From positions 62,001 to 126,000 of the forward strand of contig NMRA01000155.1 of assembly GCA_002633005.1 (NCBI GenBank): a stretch of DNA of 64,000 nucleotides, read 5' to 3'. The position numbers and the translations under genes were made by a program. A model generated the notes under the pieces. The model saw nothing but the letters and a program-made list of their open reading frames with translations, was not told the DNA's origin and did not search any database. This DNA comes from Phoronis australis. Taxonomy: Eukaryota > Animalia > Phoronida. Numbering within the stretch: the stretch's first letter is position 1; each line of letters opens with the position of its first letter. Positions 48,401 through 60,400 of this stretch are shown piece after piece.

Positions 48401-51400
48401 AATGTTTTTCAAAAATTTATTTTTACAATGCATTTTGCATTCATAATCATTATTGTTCAATTTAGATATGTCTTTTTCAGGTCCAACCATCTGTTTCACC
48501 CGAGCTAGCAAAACAGACAAGCATGCCCCCTGTTGGAATTCAAATTACCTGGTTTGTACAGATGTCCCAAGTGGACTTTATCGAGGTCGAAGATTAGACT
48601 GATCTGACCAACTCTCCTTCCAAGCTGTGGACAAACAATTTCAGATACAGTGAGTACAAGAGGAATAAAAAACAAATAACCCCAGGCACTCAGTCCTCTG
48701 CATTCTTTTACGACACAATCATGGTTACTTGAAACATTAACAGATTGGACTTTGCATCACAGATAGGGAGGAGCATAGTGTGAAACAAAGTACTTGTACT
48801 GTGACCCCAAGACTTGTTATAGCTTAGTGCACACAGAAACCATAATCAGGCAAGGACTTTCAACAATGCAATTCAGGCACATCAAATACACCGTAAACTA
48901 AATGACGCTTAGATTGTAAATATTTTTCTATGCTCTTGATACCTAAGAAAAAACTGCCCGCACCAATGACCACTCCTATAGTAAAATTGGTAAGTTCCAC
49001 GCACTGAAATATGTTATCCACAGACTTTGATGCGTTTTAAACCAAGAGGACAAACAGAGTCACCAGATGGCACCTTAACAAGAACTCATAGGTGAGGTTT
49101 GTTGTTGTGAAAGCATCTAAAAATCATTTCTAAGATGTAATAGTCCTCTTACACCAACCACTGGCCTCTTTACAATGGCATGACATTTCCGTCAGTCATT
49201 TCTTCTGCCATCACCATTGGGCCAGACACAGTAGAAACTCCACAAATAACAAGACCAAAAAGAACACACTACCAAAGTTGATACTGTCATGCATGCGTAT
49301 AGAGCTTTAGGATAGTCATTGTTATTCCAGTGTTTAATGGCTTTGAATGTGATATACATGAACACGTGTTCAAGTAGTGGTCAAATTAACCCAGCGGAGG
49401 GAAAGAGTATTATGGAATTAAATAATCACCTCCTTGCTTCGTTTTTCCATCGCTCTGAGTATGCTTTCTAACACATACACCTTGCTCTTGATGATGTCTT
49501 GTTTCTTTGCAGAATGAACAATACCTAACACATAAAATGTTACAAACAGGTCACGACCAATCATGCACACAAGACAAGACACGATGTAACATATACACCA
49601 TACTGAAAGAACAATTTGGAACAATGAATAAAAGATAATGGCTCATGAATTCATTCATCCTGTTAGCAATAGATCACATCACAATGATGAATGTTTAGTG
49701 ACACTCAATTAGCAGTAAGTGACCACAAACATTTTGTTCCATCCAAGACGAACAACTTATGACTTAGACACTTGCGGCTTTAACAAAAAACACCCACAAA
49801 GTCCCACAGAGGACAAGGACCACTGATGTTGCAAATTATTACAGGCACGGTGCCATACTTAACTCTGTCACGCATAGACAGCGCATCCCCGAAATGTGCG
49901 ACAGCGATCAACTTGGTACAAATAACAGGATAACAGCAAGTCAGTAAACCGGCATATAAGGAATACATTCAAGTATATTTGATAAACAACGGAAGTCAAC
50001 AATTAATAATAGTCAATTCTGATATGCAGAGACATTTAGCAATGTGAGCGGACATAAAATCGAAAACACAAGAGTGACGAAAACACGTCTTAACACCATC
50101 AGAAATCCACACGCCAATCACTCATCGCGCACATCTCACATAATCTTGAAGTGACGTTAGCAGTGAGTTAGGATTGGTCTCAACTTGCTCCCAACTCAGA
50201 TGAGAAGTGATTTCTATGTTTGCAAACACATGAAAGTCCGTTGAACCTTGAGACCACGCTTGCCCCAAAAAACAACACGCTTGTATGTGGCTTTTGTTGA
50301 TTCCTGCTTTTATCTTTCAAGACTGACACCAATGACACATTTAGAATAAGACAGAATGAGGATTGGTTGAAATCATCAACACAAGGTTTATAATGTATCA
50401 TTTTAGAAAAGCATTCTCAGGTGTGAGTGTTAGAAAAAAAGTGTTACAGAGTGAAAATCACGTGTTATCAGTACTATGAAACAACAAGCATTACTATTGA
50501 TGTCTGTAATCTAATGCATCATCAACTGGTACCTTTCAAATCAATGTGCCCAAATGGATCAATCCACACTGGACAACCATCTATATCGTAGCCACATAGT
50601 CCCCCTGTGTAGTACTTCCTCACGACTTCGGGTGGCGACCATGTCTCCAGGATAGTGTCAGCTCCAATTTCTTTGCGCCAGGCAAAGCTCTGGTATAAAA
50701 TCAATACAATGGGGCTATTCGGAAAATCTACAATAACTAGAGGGCGTGCGTGTACTAGTGGTGATAGATTAACAGCCTCGATTTCGCGAGCCCTTTAAAT
50801 ACATGGTGAAATGGCTTGCAGCCGTGCCAACTGAATCTGAGATTGCGTAAAAAGGGTGCTTCTATGAGAGGAAGTATGCACGACCTCATACAAAGGTAAG
50901 GTTTGTGATTATTTTAACGAATATTCCATGATTATTCCACCGATGCCTGTTAACTGAGGCACTCGCCGATGTCGACTTCGCGGCAGTCAGTCGCCAGCCA
51001 GAGTCTGGTTAATCTTTGTATGTTGTGATATGTGATACGATACTTGACGTAGCAATCGGGATCTTTTCATACATCAAAGCATTATTATTGTTTGGAATGA
51101 TTTCTAAAAGTTTATCAGTGACAGTTACNATCATCTTCCCAAAAACACTGATTAGCCGTGTTCCTCTGGCACTGAGGGGCAGGGCTGGCACTGAAGGGCA
51201 GGGCTGGTTGAAAAGTGAAAAGACCTGTCCTGGTGATGACAGTGCCAAATTCCATGAATATCCAACCAGGGGTTCATAAAATATTAAACAGACAACTGAA
51301 TGTTCTAAATTGCTGGCACAGGATGACCACAAAACCACATTACATGTATACTGTCTGGTAAATGTATGTGGGCAAATAAACATCAGACACATGATTAGAA

Positions 51401-54400
51401 ACAAGTGTGTATTACATTTGTGTATCATACAAAAGATGTGATTATCATGAATTCAAAAAATATTGGTCTACAGTTAATAATTTGAAAGCTTTACATGAAA
51501 TTAGATCCTTGGTAATGAAGGCAGTTATTACCTTCATGGCTAAGTACAAATTCTTACCAATGAGCCAGCGTGTAAGAAACACATCATCGTGGTCAGGTTG
51601 CAGAATGTCTTGGATATTTTCCCTGAACTAGAAATTACAGAAATATGTCAGCAACTCTATGGCAAGAGTTCATGGTAATTCTCACATTGTTGGCAGGCAG
51701 ATGGGAAGGTGTAGATGGCGTCAATTTCATAAAAGTGACAGAAATTTGGTCTTATGCTACCTTTTGACAACTGCTGAAAAACATCTAGTCAAGTAAATGT
51801 GAGCGCATCGCAGTCTAGAAGGAATTTCAAGGAATCATATCAAAAGTGCAATATTCACACAAAACTGATAGTTATTAACTATCAGTTTTGTGTGAATATT
51901 GCACTTTTGCTCAAGTAACATTTAATTATTTTGCATAAGTTTTGAGTGCGGAGCACAAGGTAAAATTTCTGGCTTTGAAGTCTTAAAGTCACGTTTAATG
52001 AAACAGACCACTCTAGAGGAGGCAGTGTGGCTTGGTTGATAAGTGCCCGCTTTCTTTACTCGAGGTCGTGGGTTCGAGTCCCACCAGGTCACACTGCTAA
52101 ACCCTTGAGCCAGGTTTCTAGCTCCTCAGCTCAGTTTTAACGATATATTAATAAAGCATAAAAATATTTCCAGGTGATCAATGCAATGGACCCACATGCG
52201 AGGCCTGCGCACGTCTGGTACAACGTGTATCAGACCACCTGCACTTACTTTATAAACAGACCACTCAGGCCCGTAGCCAGCATTGCGCAAGGGGTGGTTC
52301 GAATTTCTGGAACAGTGCACCTTTGATATTTTGCAAAGATCGACTCGGTATAGTTTCAGTAAGGCCCCTGACGCAGCTTAATTAGGAAATGACTCTCAGC
52401 TCTATGTTCCTGAGATGAGACGGAAAAAATGAGGATGCCGCAACAGCTGCTCCCAAATAATGGGACTAAAATTCGGATATGTTGAAATGCGGTCCAGAAC
52501 GAGAACGTTCTTACGTTACCTTTCGCCAAACTTTCAAATCAAGCGTGCTTAAATACATACTCGGATGGAATTTTTTAGTCTGTGAATGACTAGAAATTTC
52601 TATCTGATTGTATTCTTGCGTGTTACTTACATCACTGGAAAAGGGAATAGCCCAATATTCTGAAGGTTCACTACTACGAAGGTTCACTACTCCGAAAATA
52701 TCTAAAGTTTCGAGCACAGGTTTAATTTTTATACTTTTGCATGCGAAAGTAAACACTTTGGTTATCATATGCGCTGAATGGTGTACCTAAACCGAAAATA
52801 GCATCCGGGTACTATTGATTTCATGCGCACACGAAATTACCAGCATCTTTTACGAATACGAAAAACTAAGTAGCTCTTGCATTTTTATATGATGCCAAAC
52901 CCAGACTTGGCCTATTGACATATTATCAAAATGACTTTCCCATTCAGTTCTCTGAAACAAAATAATACTCTGTAACCATTGACAACCCTCAAACGTTTGC
53001 TGAAAATTATGAATGAAAACTCCTTTCAAAGTTTGCTAAACGGAAGAGCGAAGAAAGCTTTTTGCGACTTGCACAGCAACTGTGGGAAAAGTCCACCCAC
53101 CAAATTTTGACATGGGGTGTATGAATTTTCAATTGATTACTTAAAAAGGATTCAAAACCCTATTTTGATGATTTCAACCGGCCCTCATTCTCTCACTTGC
53201 TGAAGCACCAATGGCGTCAATCTTAAAAGATAAAGCAGGAATCAACTAAGAATTCATACCCACTACCTCACGAATTGGACATTATGGTCCTTGGTGGGTA
53301 GTGTTTTCCAACAGATGCAGCGTAACTCGCTAAAAGGGTAGGTCACACTTGCCTCTTTAGCAGAATTTGCAACTAGTTTTCTAATTTTCCTCAAAATTTT
53401 TGAGGGTTGTCGAGCCATTAAAGAGCATAATTCTGTTTCATAGAATAGGATGGGAAAGTCGTTTTTAGTATCTGTTAATAGGACAAAACCGGGTTTGGTA
53501 TACTTTTAACTTGGAAGATTGACGCCAGTGATGCATTAGCTGCTGATTAGCAGGTGACAGAATGAGGATTGGTGGAAATCATCACAAGGTTATCCTTTTA
53601 AAAGATTACAAAGTAAGGATATCGGATGAATCATTACGTCACCCAACGGAACTGCACTCATGGCCGGTCGAAACTAAATATATAGTTAGAAGGTTATCCT
53701 GTCCCTGCCAGTCTTCACAAAGTCAGAGAATCCCATTTAGTTTTCTTAAAACCGCCGTTGGTCGCCACAGCCCGGACACGTGCCCCGGATGTCCCTGCTT
53801 GAGAATGAGTCCTTAGTTAGATTCAAGAATCACATTTGAAAGTGATTGGACCTGAGTTCATTTGTAAATAATGTAATCAATGTTTTAAGAACTATTCAAC
53901 TCTAGCACACCCTTTAAATGGTTACTAAATCCATACAAATACCATGTTTCATTCATGTCTGTTGGACTCAAAAGCAGACAGTCCAATGAACCTTTGGAGT
54001 ATTGAAACTTCAGAGTAAAAAGTGGACCTTTGGAATAGTGACACTTAACCTTGGAAATCTTTTCCATCAAATTTGATGCTACTATGAAGTCTGCGAAACT
54101 GTGCACCACTGTCAGTGATTGACAAGGGAATACTTTCTTCATTAACCTAAGTTTTATTAGGTTTAGACCTGCTTTTGCCTAATAATGTGAACATATTAGT
54201 TTCCTCAGTGCAAGAGCACACGGTAGTAAAATGTCTGATTTTAATTTGAGCGACAAAAGAGGACTGCCTATAGTGAACTTACCGTCGGCGTGTACTGGAT
54301 TTAAAAGAATGGAAATGCACACGCGAGTACACGCGCATGCATCAAACTGGACATTGGATGAACAACAATTTAATGGCGGATTTAGAGGGGGCCAAGGGGA

Positions 54401-57400
54401 CCATGGCCCCCCTAAAATTCTCCCAGATTTTATTAGGCAGTTCGGGGGTGCGAATGTCAGACGGGCCAAATCTTGGCTAATACTCTGCCCTAGCAACCCT
54501 AACTCAAAATCCCGATCCGCCTCTGCAATCATTTGACGATCACCTTCAATTGAAAATTTGAAATGCCTGCCCCTTACCATACTAAGTAAGTTAGCAAGTA
54601 TATTAAAATAGAAGATAATCATAATATTTTCCGCTGTTTTGTTTCTTAGTCGATTCTAAGACATTCACGCCACACTACTTTTTGAGAGCTCTTTCGCTGC
54701 TAGTTATAGACATTTACTCCCTTGTTACCCTATCGTTGACCAAATGGGTGAACGTTAAGCCGTTAAATTACGTGCGTAAGATAATTCTTGTTAGAGGCGT
54801 AATTAACTGCGGCGTAAAAAATTATTTGTGGTGTACAGTAATTTTTTACGGCGTAAAGTAATTATGACGTAAAGTGATTATTACGTTATGGCGTAAAGTT
54901 AGTATTTGCGGCACTAAAAGTTACTTGATGCAGCAAATAATTACTTTACGCCGTAAATAATTACTCTATGCCGTAAATAATTTCTTTACGCCATAAATTA
55001 TAACTTTAAGGCGTAAATAATTACTTTACGGCTCTAAGAAGAATTGACTCACGCACGTTATTTAGGGGCTCAACTTTCACCCACCTGGTCAACGATAATA
55101 GCGATGATAATGGTGGAGCAACCGGGCATGACCAATGCCAATGAATGACTTAAAGCCTCCTCTAATCGTCTGCACGATCCTGCCATATGCGCAAACTTCA
55201 CTGAGGCGAAGTTGGGCCCTGGGGCCGGGTAGTGCCCGTTGATTACGCGAAGCGCCTTGAATCAGACGCAAATTCTTCTAACTTAGTTATAATTGTAGTT
55301 ACAGTGCAGTGGTACCAGTAGCTGCAACAGTGTTGTTGTTGCTGTTATCCATATAATCTCCAACGGATAGGCTGGGGCTGGACCTTTTCCGTGGGGGGGT
55401 TCGATCCAATCCCCCGAACCCAACCTGGCTACGGGCCAACCACTGGTCATCAAATGACAAAGAATATATAGACAAGATGTTCAAAATAAAATTGACCAGT
55501 GTTCAAAGGACTCCAAAGAGCATGAACACACACTATAACCACCAGAATCACTGAAGATCATGCAAGGCCAACATTTATCTCCTAGTCATGTAGTAAGCAA
55601 GCTAACTGTGGCCTTAGAATCGAAAAATCTCACCAATCTAGGACGCAATATGGCAGACAAGTAAACTTCATTTTTTGATGTTTTCCATGTAAAAAATAAT
55701 TACCAAATTAATGCTGGTGTTCAAGTTCAGTTAGCTGAGACTACAAAATATTTTTGAAGAATTTACATTTGAAGACTTGTAAAAAGGAAAATTTTTGGAT
55801 ATTAATTTTGGCCAAATCTGTTGAGATCTTATAATCAAGCAACATGGTCACCGCACATAAAAGTGACTGCAGATGCTTTCTTGAGACCAACAAAATATGA
55901 GAGTGATAATGTTTACATGTCAACACACACAATGGTCGACTGTGTTTGTAAGCCAAGAGTTTTTCTCACCCAACTCATGCCCTTCAGATACCGGCACTGC
56001 AGAAGAATTTATTAATGCCCGTAACATTTGAAGGCATGCACCTTATCAGCCGGAATTTATCCTCTAACTTAAAAATCAACACTTTTTCACAAATTAATCA
56101 AGGTAACATTGCATTCTTTCATCCTTCCCAATACTACAAAACAATTCAGAATACAATCACACTCTGTTTGTGTTCTGCAACTGAGTTCACTGCAAGGGAA
56201 AACTCGAGGCATAATTCAAGCCATGGCTTGAATGGGTGTTTGTGAGAGCATATTGATTTGAATCGAGTAACTATTTGATTTGGGTATTGGGCAAACAAAA
56301 GTAAAAAATAATGACAATTAATTACAACAAAAAATGACTAAGGCTTAGATCCAAACATGAGGGCCCTAATAGCTATCAGTACACAGTAGACAGCCAAAAG
56401 CCAAGTCAAAGTATGCGAATCAGAAATTATTGTAATAGTTCTACATGCTACCAGCAGTATATTATAAGCTATATAAAGGTCGATTATAGTCTGCAGCTGA
56501 TACCAGCGTAGCTCCTGCCCATGAATGAAGATTGTGATAATCAATTTAAAAATTATAATTTGTACATGGCCTTCACATCTGTCAACACCAAACTAGACTA
56601 CAAAATTAAGAAATTACTCCAATTGCTCTATTCGTGGCGCATTTCTAAACAAAGTCTATAGGCAATTTCATTAATTGGGTAACTTTATTGAATAAAAAGT
56701 GGAAAATTACAGTACAGGACACAATCAGTTGTTTACTCATCAGTGTTTAAACATCCTGGCAAGGAAATACATTTGAAAAGGCCAAGTGAATGACCTCAGA
56801 ATCTTGGCAAGCACAAAAGGATTAAGCAAAAATGAATACAGAAGAGCCAAAACGACGCTCGACTCCAAAAAACATTTGATGAGCTAGTCATCTGAATATA
56901 TAAGCCAGCCACGCCGAGAGGAGTAGCAGTCAGACGGTGTAGGCAACATACCTGTGGAGACAAAGGCATACATGTGGTGGCCCCATAATCGGAATGCTAA
57001 ATGAATTTACCTTTTGTTCCAAAAAATAATGCATATTAAACAATTTGACAGTGCCACCATCTGAACAGGAACGAGCAGTGTAAGAATGTCCAGTGTCTGA
57101 TTTGAGCAAGTGAATGAAGGACTGTAAAAATACTTGGAAGACTTAAAGACATCCACAGTTCCCTGAGGTGTCCCTGTACAAAAAGTAGTTACTGTATTGT
57201 ATCATGACTTTATAGAGGGCCTATGGGTTGACTACTATCTGTACTGGAGCCAGTCAATGAGATGTCGTAATGTGGGAGGAAATTGTATCAAATANNNNNN
57301 NNNNNNNNNNNNNNNNNNNNNNNNNNNNNNNNNNNNNNNNNNNNNNNNNNNNNNNNNNNNNNNNNNNNNNNATTGTAAAAAATGAGCAAGTGCTGGCACA

Positions 57401-60400
57401 ATACCATCACATACTGGGTCACGTTATTGATTGGTTTTCTATATATCCGGAAACACACTTCCACCAAAAGTAGTGAACAAATTAATTGTTAAGACCAAAA
57501 TGGTAATTAGGGAGTGCTTAACTTGTTGAATTTGCCCGAAATCCGGTTGGTGGAGCCGTATATGAGTCAAGATTCATTGAAATCTGTCCAACTGTCCTCT
57601 AGATGGCAATTTTCAAATGTTCATCTTACTAAAATGTATGCGTCCTGAAGTCTCACTTGCCTAATCCTACCCTTGGTACGAAGCTGTATACTAAATATAC
57701 AGCTTTGCGCCGATGTGGGTAAAAAAATGACCAGATAAAATATAACACAAAATTAGTGTCATTAAAACTACACACAAATTTGAGTAAATAAAATTATTTT
57801 CTGGTTTTGGAAAAATTGGCATTATACCATTATTCCATTGAAGTTGAGGAGCGATCTTTAGCGACGGCTTTCGGCGCCATGAAATATTGTGCCACCTATT
57901 GGCCAGTTTATTTTTGCGCCAATTCTTTAATCAACTGTTGTTCTTTTCACGAGGTTGCATACACGTCACAACAAATTATCGAAAGGGGTTTCATTTCATT
58001 ATATGTTTTAAAATTTTGATACCAGCAAACCGAATTCCAGAAGAAATTTTGCTGCTGCCAAGCTATCATCATCTCCCGAGAGATGTGGCGAAAACTTAAG
58101 AAATGGTGCGTGCGTGTGTCACGAGCATATTGTTTTCGGAATGACGACGTAACTTTTCTTTGTTAGAAAAGGTGGACGATTACGCAAGAAAATGTTGTTT
58201 ATTAGATTGTTTTCCACTTAAACGGCTGAAACGGTCAAGGTGAGTGTCGTTCGAGTCCCACATTTTGCATGCACCCTGTCCGGTCTTTAGCTCTACATGT
58301 TGATACAGGTTTCACAGCGAGGTGACGAGCAGAACTACCCTGGCTGTGTGCAATTTTGGGGTCTATGGAAGAAAAACACACAATGGTACCTAGCTGTAAT
58401 TTGACGATGGTCTTCATCCAGCTAGCTGGCTAGCTCTACTCACAGGCGTCCTCAGCTTCTGATTGTCCCCAGTACACTATATAATACTACAAGGTATGAC
58501 ACTCAGGACTAGAAATTCCAGGGGTGCTTCACTTCAGCCATCCATAAAAAAACATAAAACTGAATAAATTTACACAAAACAGAGGTTCAATAAACCATGA
58601 GGAGTTGTTCTTTCTCCCAATACCATTTACGGTGTCCAGCTCCACTGATTTCGCAAGAAATTCACGGTCAAAGCAAAACAATCTTTCCATAAAGTCCTTC
58701 GGAGCAACTCCCGGAAGTATCCGATGAGTTACGGATGAATGGCAAATGCCGAGTTATCGATGCCGTGACTTTACGTGATGAATCGGAAATTGCCATTCAT
58801 CCGTAACTCATCGGATAATTCCGTACTCTTCGCATGTGACACAGGAGTTGGTCCGGACGAGTTTTTGGGAAGATTTCTTTGCTTTGACCGCGGATTTCTT
58901 GCGAACTCGGTGGAACAGGACACCGTAAATGGTATTGGGAGAAAGAACAACTCCTCACGGTTTGTTGAACCTCTGTTATGAGTAAATTTATTGAGTTTTG
59001 TGTTTGCTATCATTATGGACGACTGAAGTGAAGCACCAGTGGAATTTCTAGTCCAAAGTGTCATACCTTGTAGTGTTATATAGTGTATTGGGGACGATCA
59101 GAAGCTGAGGATGCCTGTGGCTATACTGGGTCTAGACAACACGTAGCCCCTCCGCTGGCCGGTTAGGGGCTACAATACTTCCCATCGCTTTCTGTATGCA
59201 TTTTGTTCCATATATTTTAAGTGGGCGGTAGGCCAAATCCGGCCACTGATTTTGAGTTTTCACCTCGTCAAAAATACATTCCACACTTAAAACAATCACT
59301 TAAAAAAGCGCTTACATTCTTCTTTGGTCCTTTCTGCTTCATCTTTGATGAAGCTTAGTTGTGAGAATTAAGGTGACTTTGGCGAAGAATTCCAACTCCA
59401 CTTTTTTTGGTTGCCGTTAACTTTTTCACCAAGCGCGCAATAAACACATAGTATGTCAACTGAGTCACGTGAGTTAGACAAAGGCTAGGGCGAGACTGAG
59501 CAAAGCCCTTGACGCTAGCACGTGACACTTGCAAAATAGCATGAGTAGGTATCAGGTAAATTTTGTAAGATTTATGTCCCTTGGACATCTTATTCGACAA
59601 CATGCGTGATTTCCTCAAAATGGCACCCGGTAACAGAACCTCGAGCAAACCGACTGTCATTGATTTGTTCAAATTATCTCAGTGACTGAATCGTCTCCAG
59701 ACTTGTGGTATGTGTTAATTATAACCTCATGTTCCTTGTAAGATTCATTTGATTTTATTTGGTGTATTTTGAAATGCGAAACTTTTTGTGGGGATGTACT
59801 ATCGCTCTTGTATGCCTGCGTTATCCAAGGCGCTGTAATTGCCTAGCTATACCACAGGCTTCCTCAGCTTCTGATCGCTTCCCCAATACACTACATATAA
59901 TACTACAAGGTATAACACTTGGGACTAGAAATTCCACAGGAGCTTCGGTTCTGCCGTCCATATCAAACACATAACTCAATAAATTTACTCAAAACAGGGG
60001 TTGAACAAACCATAAAAAATTGTTCTTTCTATATGCCATTCATGGTGTCCTGCTCTAACGAGTTCGCAAGACATTCGCTGTCAAAGCACAAAAATGTTCC
60101 CAAAAAGCCCAAACACACTTTGCACTTTATCGGTTCAAGGTAAAGGGCGCTACGGAAATTACCAATAAATTACGGACGGATGGCATTATCGACATCGTGA
60201 CTTTACGCGTAAAACCGGCAGTTTCCATACCGTCCTAGACCTCGAACCAACAAAGTGCAAAGTGTGTTTGGGCTATTTGGGAACATTTTTTGTGCTTGGA
60301 CAGCGAACTTCTTGTGAACTCGCTGGAGCAGGACACCATGAATGGTATTATAAGAAAGAACAATTTCTCATGGTTTGTTGAACCCCTTTTTTGTATAAAT

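Noticed and set aside
52021-52092. Possible tRNA gene
   Set aside because: A and B boxes are present but the acceptor and anticodon stems do not pair, and it continues into a SINE-like body.
54790-55030. CRISPR-like periodic 20-bp repeats
   Set aside because: No unique spacers, the repeats are tandem and inverted within a TIR element, the context is eukaryotic and there are no cas genes.
56680-57175. Possible extra minus-strand exons (acceptors near 57175 and 56952, AATAAA near 56684)
   Set aside because: The translations resemble nothing recognisable and the implied intron is very short. It cannot be supported without RNA data.
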